Assembly (NCBI GenBank): GCA_964607985.1
Contig: CAZSMW010000465.1
Coordinates: forward strand, 1-44,791
Length of the DNA: 44,791 nucleotides
Source: an uncultured Eubacteriales bacterium
GTDB lineage: Bacteria; Acidobacteriota; Aminicenantia; Aminicenantales; Saccharicenantaceae
Reading direction: 5' to 3'
The notes beneath the pieces were generated by a model. The model searched no databases, was not told the DNA's origin, and worked only from the letters and a program-made list of their open reading frames with translations. Below, in pieces: positions 35,263 to 43,540 of the stretch. The position numbers and the translations under genes are program-made. Numbering within the stretch: position 1 is the first letter of the stretch; the number at the start of each line of letters is the position of its first letter.

Positions 35263-35291
35263 AGATTATCAGCGTTCCATCATGCCGTCAA
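35263..35291 (-). promoter_or_regulatory. sigma70-type promoter TTGACG-17-TAATCT of glnA
   Basis: On the minus strand, TTGACG is at 35291..35286, followed by a 17-nt spacer and TAATCT at 35268..35263. Repeat copy C ends 2 nt upstream of the -35. Confidence 0.5.
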
Positions 35292-35293
35292 GG

Positions 35294-35310
35294 CCCAAAA
35301 TTGCCGATAG
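35294..35310 (-). repeat. intergenic repeat copy C (CTATCGGCAATTTTGGG on the minus strand)
   Basis: The reverse complement of 35294..35310 is identical to 5294..5310. Confidence 0.85.
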
Positions 35311-35328
35311 ATGCCGGGAATTCATTTC

Positions 35329-35357
35329 TTGACAGATCCAGCGGTTGTGCCATAATC
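35329..35357 (+). promoter_or_regulatory. sigma70-type promoter TTGACA-17-ATAATC of speD
   Basis: TTGACA at 35329..35334, a 17-nt spacer, ATAATC at 35352..35357. GAGGAG lies 6 nt before the ATG at 35385. Confidence 0.5.
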
Positions 35358-35384
35358 AATTTACCTTCAATCGAGGAGAAAAAA

Positions 35385-35834
35385 ATGACCAAGACGGTCC
35401 ATCCTTCGATCGGTCATCATTATATCGTCGAAGCCTCCGGCTGCGATCCCAACGTCATCGGAAGCGTGGAGAAGGTCCAGCAGATCCTGGTCAAGGCCGC
35501 CGAGATTGCCGGCGCCCATGTCTGGTCGATCTCTTTCAACCGCTTCCCTCCGAACGGCGTCAGCGGCGTCGTCGTCATCTCGGAATCCCACATCTCCACC
35601 CACACCTGGCCGGAGTTCGGCTACGGGGCCCTTGATATCTACACGTGCGGAAACAACATCGACCCGGAGAAGGCGGTCATTTTCGCGGTCGGGGCCTTCG
35701 GGGCCTCGACGTCCCATATCACGGAGATCACGCGGGGCATCGACGAAGGGGACTGCATCTTCTATCACAGCTTCGTGACCTGGGAAGAGTATCTCAAGAA
35801 AGAGGGAATCAAGAAGGAGGAGGCCAAGCCGTGA
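35385..35834 (+). CDS. speD: S-adenosylmethionine decarboxylase proenzyme (pyruvoyl type)
   Basis: ORF 35196..35834 trimmed to ATG 35385. 149 aa. HYIVEASGC...VVVISESHISTHTWPE contains the Glu-Ser self-cleavage site. Confidence 0.85.
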   Translation: MTKTVHPSIGHHYIVEASGCDPNVIGSVEKVQQILVKAAEIAGAHVWSISFNRFPPNGVSGVVVISESHISTHTWPEFGYGALDIYTCGNNIDPEKAVIFAVGAFGASTSHITEITRGIDEGDCIFYHSFVTWEEYLKKEGIKKEEAKP

Positions 35835-36136
35835 TTGCCGAGTTCAGCGTCGTCCCCGTCGGGAAGGGGGAGGAGCTGGCGGAGCTCGTCGCCGGCGTCG
35901 TGGACATCATCGACAGGAGCGGCCTTCCCTACCAGTTGACGGCCATGGGCACGCTCGTGGAAGGGGAGTGGGACGTCGTCCTCGCCCTCATCAAGGAGTG
36001 CCACGACAAGATGCGTCGGCATGGCGCCCGCGTTCTGACCAGGATCTCCATCGACGATCGTGAAAATGCCGTGAACAGGCTGACCGGAAAGGTCCGGGAC
36101 GTGGAAAAGGCCCTGGGCCGCGAGCTCAAAAAATGA
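35831..36136 (+). CDS. MTH1187/YkoF-family (UPF0045) thiamine-binding-like protein
   Basis: GTG start at 35831 overlapping the speD stop (GTGA), with GGAGGAGG upstream. VIAEFSVVPVGKGEEL...LPYQLTAMGTLVEGEWDVVLALIKECH...RISIDDRE is the family pattern. Confidence 0.75.
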   Translation: MIAEFSVVPVGKGEELAELVAGVVDIIDRSGLPYQLTAMGTLVEGEWDVVLALIKECHDKMRRHGARVLTRISIDDRENAVNRLTGKVRDVEKALGRELKK

Positions 36137-36145
36137 CCTTCTTTT

Positions 36146-36162
36146 TGTAAACGAAGTTTACA
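36146..36162. promoter_or_regulatory. 17-bp palindrome TGTAAACGAAGTTTACA, candidate upstream activator site
   Basis: 7-bp inverted arms with a 3-nt centre, located 61 nt upstream of the sigma54-like element. A further TGTAA half-site is at 36166..36170. The palindrome also fits the pattern TGTNAN7TNACA. Confidence 0.45.
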
Positions 36163-36222
36163 TCCTGTAAAAATCTTTGGGTATTTTCCGCATTTTCGGC
36201 CGGGACGATCGGCGGTGTCCGT

Positions 36223-36238
36223 TGGCACAAATCCTGCA
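36223..36238 (+). promoter_or_regulatory. sigma54-type promoter element TGGCAC-N5-CTGCA
   Basis: TTGGCACAAATCCTGCAAT. GG is at 36224..36225 and GC at 36236..36237, with the exact consensus spacing (TGGCAC-N5-TTGCW, one mismatch). It lies about 50 nt before the GTG start of the M1 peptidase. An NtrC-family GAFTGA activator is encoded next to that gene. Confidence 0.55.
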
Positions 36239-36270
36239 ATCGAGATGGCTGATGGTTTTACCCATGAATA

Positions 36271-36279
36271 TGTTATAAT
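36271..36279 (+). promoter_or_regulatory. extended -10 element TGTTATAAT, 9 nt before the GTG start
   Basis: TGtTATAAT at 36271..36279, with the GTG at 36289. The predicted transcript is therefore leaderless or nearly so. Confidence 0.45.
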
Positions 36280-36288
36280 ATAAAAAAG

Positions 36289-38913
36289 GTGAAAAAGAAC
36301 CTCTCCCGGCCGCTTCCCCTTTTGCTGGCGGCCCTCCTTATCCTTATCATGATCCCGCCCGTCCGGTCCTCCGATCAGACTATTGAGGCTTTCACCTGCC
36401 AATTCCAAAAGTCCCTTGAGGGCCGTAACCTTCCCGCCTACTTGAACGCATTCTCCCCCGAAGCCCGGGAGGACGAAGGCATTGCCCTGGCCTCCTATTT
36501 CGAGCGGGCCGGGATGAGATCCGTCAAGTCACGCTTGGCCGGCCAGAGGGCGGAAAAGTCCGGCGAGCCGACGGTCTTCCTCCAGGTCCTCTTTGAGAAC
36601 GCTTTTTCGGCGATGGTAGAGGTCTGGCAGCTCCACCTCACACCCGTGGACGGTCGATGGCAGGTCCGGAAAAGGGAGGTTTCAGGGAGCATCCACAACC
36701 TTTATAAGGTCCAACTGCCGGCCGAGGAGACCGAGAGGGCTGAGAGCGTTGAGATCAACCATGCCGATTTCCGCCTCACGTTCGAGAACGCCCTCGTCTT
36801 CCACGACAACATCCCCGGCCTGGAAACGGCCCTCATCATCTTCGGCAGGGGCCGGGTCCGCTTCACGCCCTCCGACCCCATCGAGAGGCACCAGCTCCAG
36901 CTCGCCTATAAGAATCCCTCCCTCGATGACCGCGTTTCCTATGCCTATATCCGCTGCTCCAACAGCTTCTTCCAGACGAATGTCGTCATCAAGAAACAGG
37001 AAGGCGGACGGGCCCGGCCGGTCAGCCAGGACGAGAAGGCTAAAGCCTCCGCACTCTTCGCCAAGAGTTATCCCCGCTCCTTCACCATCCAGAATTCGAT
37101 GACCGGCGAGTACCTTTCCTTCCTGCCCCAGGGAGAGGAGGCCTCTTTCGAGTTTAAAGGCGAAAGAACGGGGGAGCTGACCTACATCTACTATCCTTAC
37201 TCCGAAGAAGAAGTGAACCTCTTCGACAGGTCCCGCCAGCGCATCGTCAACCTCTATTCGCCCCGAAAGGAGGGTGAAACCGAAGGCCGGAAACTCTTCA
37301 TCAGCATGGGCGAGCGGTTCGACGTCCAGAGCTACGAGATCGATCTGGACTACAACCCGGCCAAGTCCTATCTATCCGCCAAGGCCAGGATCAAGATCAT
37401 GCCCTTGACCGAGAGCTTGGATGGTTTGAAGTTCCGCTTCAGTCCCGACCTTGAGATCCTCCGAATCTGCGACGAGGAAAAGCGGGAACTTTTCTACACC
37501 ACGGATAAGCTGCGCAAGTTCCTCTATATCTACTTCGTCCAGCCGCCTCCCCGCCGGACGTCGACCTGGATCGAGGTCTATTACCGGGGCAAGCTCGCCC
37601 CCGTTCCACCGACGACGGACGTCCTCGGCCAGTCGAGCGCGGGCGAGAACCACTACGTCCTGCAGCCCCGGTACGAAACCTATTTCTATACCCACTCGGC
37701 ATTTTGGTATCCTGGCCCGGCCGACGACGATTACTTCACCTCCCGGCTCAAGATCATCGTCCCTCCCGAATACCGGTGCGTCTCGAATGGGGATCTCATC
37801 GAACGGGGGCGCCTGAAGGGCATGGAAGAGGTCGTTGAGATCGAAAAGATGGGAAGCTCCACATTCACATTCCAGACGAAGGCGCCGCTGAAGTACTTGT
37901 CGTTCATCGTCGGGAAGTTCACGACACTCGGCGAGGGAATGGACCCCGTGCCGCTCCAGTCGATCAGTTCGTCGGACATCATGGTCCAGAAAAAGACCTT
38001 CTATGACGAGGCCAAAGATGTTCTCGAGAGCTTCATCGGCTGGTTCGGGCCGTTCCCCTTCGAGAAGCTGAGCGTTGTCCAACGGCTTTGGCCCCAGAGC
38101 GGCGGCCACAGCCCGGCTTCCTTTGTTGTCCTCAACGAGCTTCCCTGGATCGATAAGCGGGCTTTCCCCGTGAACATGAACAGCCCCGTGGACCTCTCTC
38201 GCTGGAGGGAGTACTTCCTAGCCCACGAGATCGCCCACCAGTGGTGGGGGCAGGGCGTGACCGCGGGGACCTACCGAGATCAATGGCTCAGCGAGGGCAT
38301 GGCCCAGTTCGCGGCCACCCTTTACCTGCGGAAGAAGTACGGTGAAGAGGCCTACGCCTCGATCTTGAAGAGGTTCTCCCTGTGGACGGAGAAGAAGTCC
38401 AACAAGGGGCCGATATCGCTTGGGTCGCGCCTGAGTTTCTTCGATTTCGACGCCTACCAGGCGATCATCTACGACAAGTCGGCCTTGGCCTTGAACATGC
38501 TCCGTGAGATCCTCGGCGACGAGGCCTTCTTCAAGGGCCTCCGGGACTTTTATGGGACCTACAAGTTCGGGGCCGCCCGGACGGGACAGTTCCGGAACAT
38601 CATGGAGAAAGTCTCCGGAAGGGACCTCGAAGGCTTCTTCAAGGGATGGTTCTTTTCCTATGAGCTGCCCGAGGTCCGGGTCTCCACGATGGAAGAGAAG
38701 CTGGGCGAGGAAGGCGTGCTCCTGGTCAGGGTCGCCCAGGCCAAAAGGACGTTTGTCTTCCCCCTTTGGATCGAGTGGCAGAGCGGGGGAAAGGTCTTCC
38801 GGGAGAAGGTCGTCGTGGACTCCCCGAACCAGGAGTTCAGGTTGAAACTCTCCGGAAAGCCCTCCAGGATCCGCGTCAATCCCGACAAAGCCGTTCCGGG
38901 CAAGTTCACCTGA
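36289..38913 (+). CDS. secreted M1-family zinc metallopeptidase (aminopeptidase N-like)
   Basis: 874 aa. Signal peptide KKNLSRPLPLLLAALLILIMIPPVRSS. Zinc motif HEIAHQWWG with downstream WLSEGMAQF. Confidence 0.85.
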   Translation: MKKNLSRPLPLLLAALLILIMIPPVRSSDQTIEAFTCQFQKSLEGRNLPAYLNAFSPEAREDEGIALASYFERAGMRSVKSRLAGQRAEKSGEPTVFLQVLFENAFSAMVEVWQLHLTPVDGRWQVRKREVSGSIHNLYKVQLPAEETERAESVEINHADFRLTFENALVFHDNIPGLETALIIFGRGRVRFTPSDPIERHQLQLAYKNPSLDDRVSYAYIRCSNSFFQTNVVIKKQEGGRARPVSQDEKAKASALFAKSYPRSFTIQNSMTGEYLSFLPQGEEASFEFKGERTGELTYIYYPYSEEEVNLFDRSRQRIVNLYSPRKEGETEGRKLFISMGERFDVQSYEIDLDYNPAKSYLSAKARIKIMPLTESLDGLKFRFSPDLEILRICDEEKRELFYTTDKLRKFLYIYFVQPPPRRTSTWIEVYYRGKLAPVPPTTDVLGQSSAGENHYVLQPRYETYFYTHSAFWYPGPADDDYFTSRLKIIVPPEYRCVSNGDLIERGRLKGMEEVVEIEKMGSSTFTFQTKAPLKYLSFIVGKFTTLGEGMDPVPLQSISSSDIMVQKKTFYDEAKDVLESFIGWFGPFPFEKLSVVQRLWPQSGGHSPASFVVLNELPWIDKRAFPVNMNSPVDLSRWREYFLAHEIAHQWWGQGVTAGTYRDQWLSEGMAQFAATLYLRKKYGEEAYASILKRFSLWTEKKSNKGPISLGSRLSFFDFDAYQAIIYDKSALALNMLREILGDEAFFKGLRDFYGTYKFGAARTGQFRNIMEKVSGRDLEGFFKGWFFSYELPEVRVSTMEEKLGEEGVLLVRVAQAKRTFVFPLWIEWQSGGKVFREKVVVDSPNQEFRLKLSGKPSRIRVNPDKAVPGKFT

Positions 38914-38916
38914 GTT

Positions 38917-40305
38917 TTAGGCGGTATTATCGACGTCGATCTCGAGGCGCTTGATCATCTCGTTGAGGGTCGTGGGTTTGACCCCGAGCATCCGGGCCGC
39001 CTTTCTCTGGACTCCCTTGGTCTTCTTGAGCGCCGTCCGGATGATCTTTTTCTGGTAATAACGGGTCCGCTCCTTGAAGTCGAGCGAGCCATCCAGCGAA
39101 TCCAGCCCCTCTTCTTCCGCCGCTTCCTCTCTTAGGAAGAAGGGCGGCAGGGAGCTCCGGGTGATGATCTTGGACTTGGAGAGGACGACGGCCCGCTCCA
39201 TGAGGTTCTCCAGTTCCCGGACGTTGCCCGGCCAATTGTACTCGTCGAGGATCTCGAAGACGTCCTCGCTGATCCCCTCGATCTCCTTTTTATTTTCACG
39301 GCTGTAGATATCGATGAAATGCCTGGCGAGGAGGGGGATATCCTCCTTGCGGTCACGGAGCGGCGGGAGCTCGATCTTGATGACGTTCAGCCGGTAGAAG
39401 AGGTCCTTGCGGAAGGTCTTCTGCCGGATGAGCTCTTCGATGTTCGTGTTCGTGGCGGTGATGATCCGAACGTCGACCTTGATGGTCTTCGTTCCCCCCA
39501 GCCTCATGAATTCTCTCTCTTGGAGGACCCGCAGAAGCTTGGCCTGGGTCTCGATGTTCAGAGAGGAGATCTCGTCGAAAAAAATGCTCCCCTTGTCCGC
39601 CGCCTCGAACAAACCCATTTTGAGAGATACGGCCCCGGTGAAAGCCCCCTTGACGTGGCCGAAGAGGTGGCTTTCGAGGAGATCGGGAGGGAGGGACCCG
39701 CTGTTGACGATGATGAAGGGGAAATCCGCCCGTTCGCTGTGCAGATGGAGGGCCCGGGCGACAAGCTCCTTGCCCGTCCCGCTCTCTCCTTGGAGGAGGA
39801 TGGTGCTCCTGGTCGGGGCGACGGCCTTGACGAGATCGAAAACGTTCTTCATGACCTTGCTTTTCCCGATGATATTCTCGAAGCTGAACTTCTGCCGGAG
39901 CTCGTCCTTGAGCCGGATGTTCTCGTCCTGGAGACGCTTGTGCTCCAGGGCCCTGTGGATGGTCATCAGGAGGTCGTCGTGCTTGAAGGGCTTTTGAACG
40001 TAGTCGAAGGCGCCTATCTTCATGGCGGAGATGGCCGACTCGACCGAGGCATAGGCCGTGATGATGATGACCATTGCCTGGGGATCGATCCTCTTGATTC
40101 GTTTAAGGACCTCGATTCCGTCCAATCCGGGCATGAGCAGATCCAGGAGGATAAGGTCGAAGGCTTGGGAGGAATGCTTGGCGAGCGCTTCCTCTCCGGA
40201 CATGGAAGGCTCGACCTCGTAACCCTCGGAGGTCAGGAGCTGCCCCAGGACGTCGTGGATGATCGGCTCGTCATCGATGATGTGAATGATCCCTCGTGTG
40301 GACAT
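38917..40305 (-). CDS. sigma54-dependent response regulator (NtrC family)
   Basis: ORF 38917..40311 has a GTG. ATG 40305 is preferred, with GAGGAAG upstream. Receiver domain (IIDDEP...LILLDLLMPGLDG), AAA+ domain with GESGTGKE and GAFTGA, and a Fis-type HTH (KAARMLGVKPTTLNEMIKRL). Confidence 0.9.
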   Translation of the reverse strand: MSTRGIIHIIDDEPIIHDVLGQLLTSEGYEVEPSMSGEEALAKHSSQAFDLILLDLLMPGLDGIEVLKRIKRIDPQAMVIIITAYASVESAISAMKIGAFDYVQKPFKHDDLLMTIHRALEHKRLQDENIRLKDELRQKFSFENIIGKSKVMKNVFDLVKAVAPTRSTILLQGESGTGKELVARALHLHSERADFPFIIVNSGSLPPDLLESHLFGHVKGAFTGAVSLKMGLFEAADKGSIFFDEISSLNIETQAKLLRVLQEREFMRLGGTKTIKVDVRIITATNTNIEELIRQKTFRKDLFYRLNVIKIELPPLRDRKEDIPLLARHFIDIYSRENKKEIEGISEDVFEILDEYNWPGNVRELENLMERAVVLSKSKIITRSSLPPFFLREEAAEEEGLDSLDGSLDFKERTRYYQKKIIRTALKKTKGVQRKAARMLGVKPTTLNEMIKRLEIDVDNTA

Positions 40306-40307
40306 GG

Positions 40308-43148
40308 TCACTTCCTCTTTATGGATGGATCTTCGATCTTGCGCACGTGCAGATCCATGGGGATGACGATCGTGAAGCTCGACCCCTTCCCCGGCTCGCT
40401 TTCCACCTGGATCCGGCCTTCGTGCTCTTTGATGATCGCGTAGCTGATGGACAGCCCGAGCCCCGTCCCTTTCCCGATGCCCTTGGTCGTGAAGAAGGGG
40501 TCGAAGATGTGGGCGAGGTGCTCGGCCTTGATCCCCGCTCCCGTGTCCGTGATCCTCACGGCCGCCTCCCGTCCTGTTTGGAACAGCTCGATCCTGAGCT
40601 TACCGCCTTGGGGCATGGCATCCAGGGCGTTGAGGATGATGTTGATGTAAACTTGCTGGAGCCGTTCCCCCTGGGCATGGAGGGGGGGGACGGGGGCGAG
40701 GACAAGCTCCAGTTCGATGTTCATGTTCTTCAGTTTGTAATCGATGAGGGAGATGATCTCCTGAAGGCTCTCCTTCAGATCGACGCGCCGGAAGGAGGAA
40801 TCCTGGGGGTTCCGGGCGAAATTCAGGAGGTTCTTGATGATCCTGCCCACCCGGTCCGTCTGCGTCTCGATCTTCTCCAGGATCTTGGCGTAAGGCGGAT
40901 CGGTGAGTTTCTTCTGGAGCATCTGGACGTAGCTCGAGATTCCGGTCAGGGGCGTGTTGATCTCGTGGGCGACACCCGCCGAGAGGAGGCCGATAGAGGC
41001 CAATTTCTCCGCCGTCAGCAGCTGCTGCTGGAGGCTGATCTTCTCGGTGATATCCTCGAAGACGATGATGGTTCCGTAGGGCTTCATCTGGTTGTCGAGA
41101 AGGGGAGTCTTGACGATGTCGAAGATTCTCTTCCTCTCGCCGGGGAGGTCCATGCCGAGATCGGTCAAGGGTCGGAAGTCCTGACTGGTGTCGGTCGGGA
41201 AGATAGCCGAGTAATTCTTTCCTCCCAGAACGTCCGCCAGCTTACGGTTGAGGGCGTGCTCTTTTTTCAGCCCGAATTGGGCCTCAAGGACCCTGTTCCA
41301 GCCGATGATGGTCCCCGTTCGGTCGACGACGGCGACGCCCACGGTCAGGCTCTCGATGATGTTCTCGCTGTAGTCCTTGAGCCTTTGCATCTCCAGGGTC
41401 CGAACGCTCTCCTGGCTGTAAAGGTAGGCGTTCTCGAGGGCCAGGGCGACGGAAGGGGAGATGGTCGTCAGGAGTTCCCAGTCCTCGCTGGTGAGATAGG
41501 TCCCGTCATGCTTCCGTCCCATGGCCAGACAGCCGATGATCTTCTCTTCGACCCGGAGGGGCAGGAAATGGTAGAAGCCGAAGGGGATGAAGCGCTCGAT
41601 CTGTTTCTGGACGCCTTTCCGGTCCTGAAGGGCATAATAAGAAAGGTAGTCGCTCTCCCGCATCTGATTGAAGAGGGGTTCATCGAACGTTATCGAAGGT
41701 GGGGCGGACGCCGCCTCTCCCCAGCTCCGGAGAAGGCGGAACGTGCGGGGGTCCGCGTCCTCGGCAAGCAGGAGGGCAATCGTCCGGAGGGAGAGGGCGT
41801 TGGCGATCGAGTTCAGGAGGGATTGGGATAGGTTCTGGAGGTCCCGCTCCCGGCTGAGTTCCTTGCTGATGAAGAGGAGCGTTTTCCGGTATTCGTAGCT
41901 CCTCCTGTAGATGGCCCGGTCGAGGAGTGTCTGGACGAGCTTCTTCAGCGGGGTGAACAGGGAAGCGCCGAGGATGATGGCCAGGATCCCGAGGATGATG
42001 GTGTTCAACCTGTTCTCGGAGAAGATCCTGGTCTGGGAGCTGACGACATAGTAAACGAGAGCGATGACGAAGAAAGCGACGATGAGGGTGACGGCCTTCT
42101 TGAGGAGGATCTCAAAATCCATGAGCTTGTAGCGCGATATGGAGTAGGCGAAGGTCAGGGGGATAAGGGCTTGAAGGAGCACGGTTAGTTCAGCGGGAGT
42201 CGATGGGGCGCGGCCGGCCAGGAACGGCACGGCGTAAAAGACGGTGAACGGGACGATGCCCATTCCCAATCCCGAAACGATGAACTTGAGCTGTTTCTTG
42301 TGGAAGACGCTCTGAGGGTGCCGGGAGCTGTGGATGACGGTTGCCAGGGTGATGAGGGTGAAGACCGTGAAATGAAGGAGGTCCAGGCGCTCGATCCTTG
42401 CCTGGAACCGGAGAGCTTGGGCGTCGGCCCAGCCCCGGGATAAAACGGCGTGAAAAAGGGCCCTCGTGCCGAGAAGGAGTGTTCCCGGAAGGTAGACTAG
42501 GAAGAGAAAGGCGGGCCTATGCTTGAGGAATTTTTTGCGCTGGGGGAAGATCAGAAAAAAGTGGAGGAGAAGAGGCGGAAAAACGAGGAAACCGACCTTG
42601 TCGATGATATAGAACAGGCTGTCGAGGAAGTCCAGGTTTCCCGTCGGCGAAAACGTATAAAATGAATAAAAGGCCAGGGTCAGGAGATAGAAATAGACAT
42701 ACGGCAAGGAGAGGCGCCGGCGGGAGTTGAAGAAAACGATGAGCCCGATGACCAGGGCGGTCAGACCCACCAGGGCCAGGTAGAAATAGACCAGGTTGAC
42801 GCCCTTCTTCTGGAGATAGAACGATGGCGTGATGATCTCGCCCTCCCGGCCGATCTGGTAGCTGACCTTCTGGTCCGCGTCCCTGGCGATCCAGAGGGTC
42901 TTGAGGAGGTCGATCTTGGTCTTGATGGGGATGTTGTTGATGGAATAGAGAATGTCCCCCTTCTTGATGCTGGCCAGGTATGCCGGGCTGTTGACCTCGA
43001 CCTTGAGGGCTGTGAGGCCGTTGGGTTTTTGGCCCCAGATCACCCCGTCCGTGGGTTCTTGCCAGGTGATGTTCTTGTAAACGTTGATGGCGCCCAGTAT
43101 GACAAGGATGAGCACGGGCGCTAGGGCTAGGTAAAGCTTCTTTTTCAT
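40308..43148 (-). CDS. membrane sensor histidine kinase: N-terminal PDZ, multi-TM block, GAF, PAS, HisKA, HATPase_c
   Basis: 946 aa. PDZ-like LKVEVNSPAYLASIKKGDILYSINNIPIKT follows a signal anchor. About 8 hydrophobic segments. A GAF-like region and a PAS-like region (LTVGVAVVDRTGTIIGWN). H-box AGVAHEINTPL, plus DTGAGI and GTGLGL. Confidence 0.85.
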   Translation of the reverse strand: MKKKLYLALAPVLILVILGAINVYKNITWQEPTDGVIWGQKPNGLTALKVEVNSPAYLASIKKGDILYSINNIPIKTKIDLLKTLWIARDADQKVSYQIGREGEIITPSFYLQKKGVNLVYFYLALVGLTALVIGLIVFFNSRRRLSLPYVYFYLLTLAFYSFYTFSPTGNLDFLDSLFYIIDKVGFLVFPPLLLHFFLIFPQRKKFLKHRPAFLFLVYLPGTLLLGTRALFHAVLSRGWADAQALRFQARIERLDLLHFTVFTLITLATVIHSSRHPQSVFHKKQLKFIVSGLGMGIVPFTVFYAVPFLAGRAPSTPAELTVLLQALIPLTFAYSISRYKLMDFEILLKKAVTLIVAFFVIALVYYVVSSQTRIFSENRLNTIILGILAIILGASLFTPLKKLVQTLLDRAIYRRSYEYRKTLLFISKELSRERDLQNLSQSLLNSIANALSLRTIALLLAEDADPRTFRLLRSWGEAASAPPSITFDEPLFNQMRESDYLSYYALQDRKGVQKQIERFIPFGFYHFLPLRVEEKIIGCLAMGRKHDGTYLTSEDWELLTTISPSVALALENAYLYSQESVRTLEMQRLKDYSENIIESLTVGVAVVDRTGTIIGWNRVLEAQFGLKKEHALNRKLADVLGGKNYSAIFPTDTSQDFRPLTDLGMDLPGERKRIFDIVKTPLLDNQMKPYGTIIVFEDITEKISLQQQLLTAEKLASIGLLSAGVAHEINTPLTGISSYVQMLQKKLTDPPYAKILEKIETQTDRVGRIIKNLLNFARNPQDSSFRRVDLKESLQEIISLIDYKLKNMNIELELVLAPVPPLHAQGERLQQVYINIILNALDAMPQGGKLRIELFQTGREAAVRITDTGAGIKAEHLAHIFDPFFTTKGIGKGTGLGLSISYAIIKEHEGRIQVESEPGKGSSFTIVIPMDLHVRKIEDPSIKRK

Positions 43149-43223
43149 CCTGGCGGCGCCTATTTTAACTCGAATCTCAAGAAAAATCCAAAAATTTGAA
43201 TTCCGGACGCAAAAAAATGGAGA

Positions 43224-43505
43224 CTAATCCAGGATATGCCGCAATCCCGCCCGAACCGCCCAGCTGGCCCGTGGTTGACGGAGCAGCCGCTTCATGATCA
43301 GGTCTTCCTTTAATCCAAGAGGTTTTCTCCCCCTGAGGAAGGTGCTCATGTAATCGAACTTGGGTTTCTGCTCCGGGAAGTCCTGGGGCGAGGCCGTGCT
43401 TCCGAGGGCCGGGGAATCGGAGCGGGCGGGAACCGAGGCCGGGCTCAAGAAACAAAACGCAAGGACAAGCATGAAAAAGAATCGCCAAAAGGCTTTTCTG
43501 AGCAC
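43224..43505 (-). CDS. small hypothetical secreted protein
   Basis: Within ORF 43224..43742. GTG at 43505 gives (M)LRKAFWRFFFMLVLAFCFLSPASVPA-RS, a plausible signal peptide. An alternative ATG is at 43472. No recognisable family. Confidence 0.35.
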   Translation of the reverse strand: MLRKAFWRFFFMLVLAFCFLSPASVPARSDSPALGSTASPQDFPEQKPKFDYMSTFLRGRKPLGLKEDLIMKRLLRQPRASWAVRAGLRHILD

Positions 43506-43511
43506 CCTTAT

Positions 43512-43540
43512 TAAATAAGGTAATCCGGGTCTGATGTCAA
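43512..43540 (-). promoter_or_regulatory. sigma70-type promoter TTGACA-17-TATTTA, 6 nt before GTG 43505
   Basis: On the minus strand, TTGACA is at 43540..43535, followed by a 17-nt spacer and TATTTA at 43517..43512. Confidence 0.45.

Noticed and set aside
35294-35306. GGCCCAAAATTGCC within repeat copy C, considered as a sigma54 -24/-12 element.
   Set aside because: The GG to GC spacing is one nucleotide short of the invariant sigma54 spacing, and the other motif copies lack the GG.
35337-35352. Sigma54-like TGGCAC-N5-CTGGA on the minus strand upstream of glnA.
   Set aside because: The essential -12 GC dinucleotide is GG here. The element also overlaps the good sigma70-type speD promoter on the other strand. 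glnA has its own TTGACG-17-TAATCT promoter.
36146-36162. The palindrome fits TGTNAN7TNACA, so it was considered a GlnR/TnrA box controlling glnA.
   Set aside because: It lies about 900 bp from the glnA promoter, beyond two intervening genes, and faces the M1 peptidase gene. No GlnR/TnrA gene is visible in the window. It is kept only as a candidate activator site for the adjacent sigma54-type promoter.
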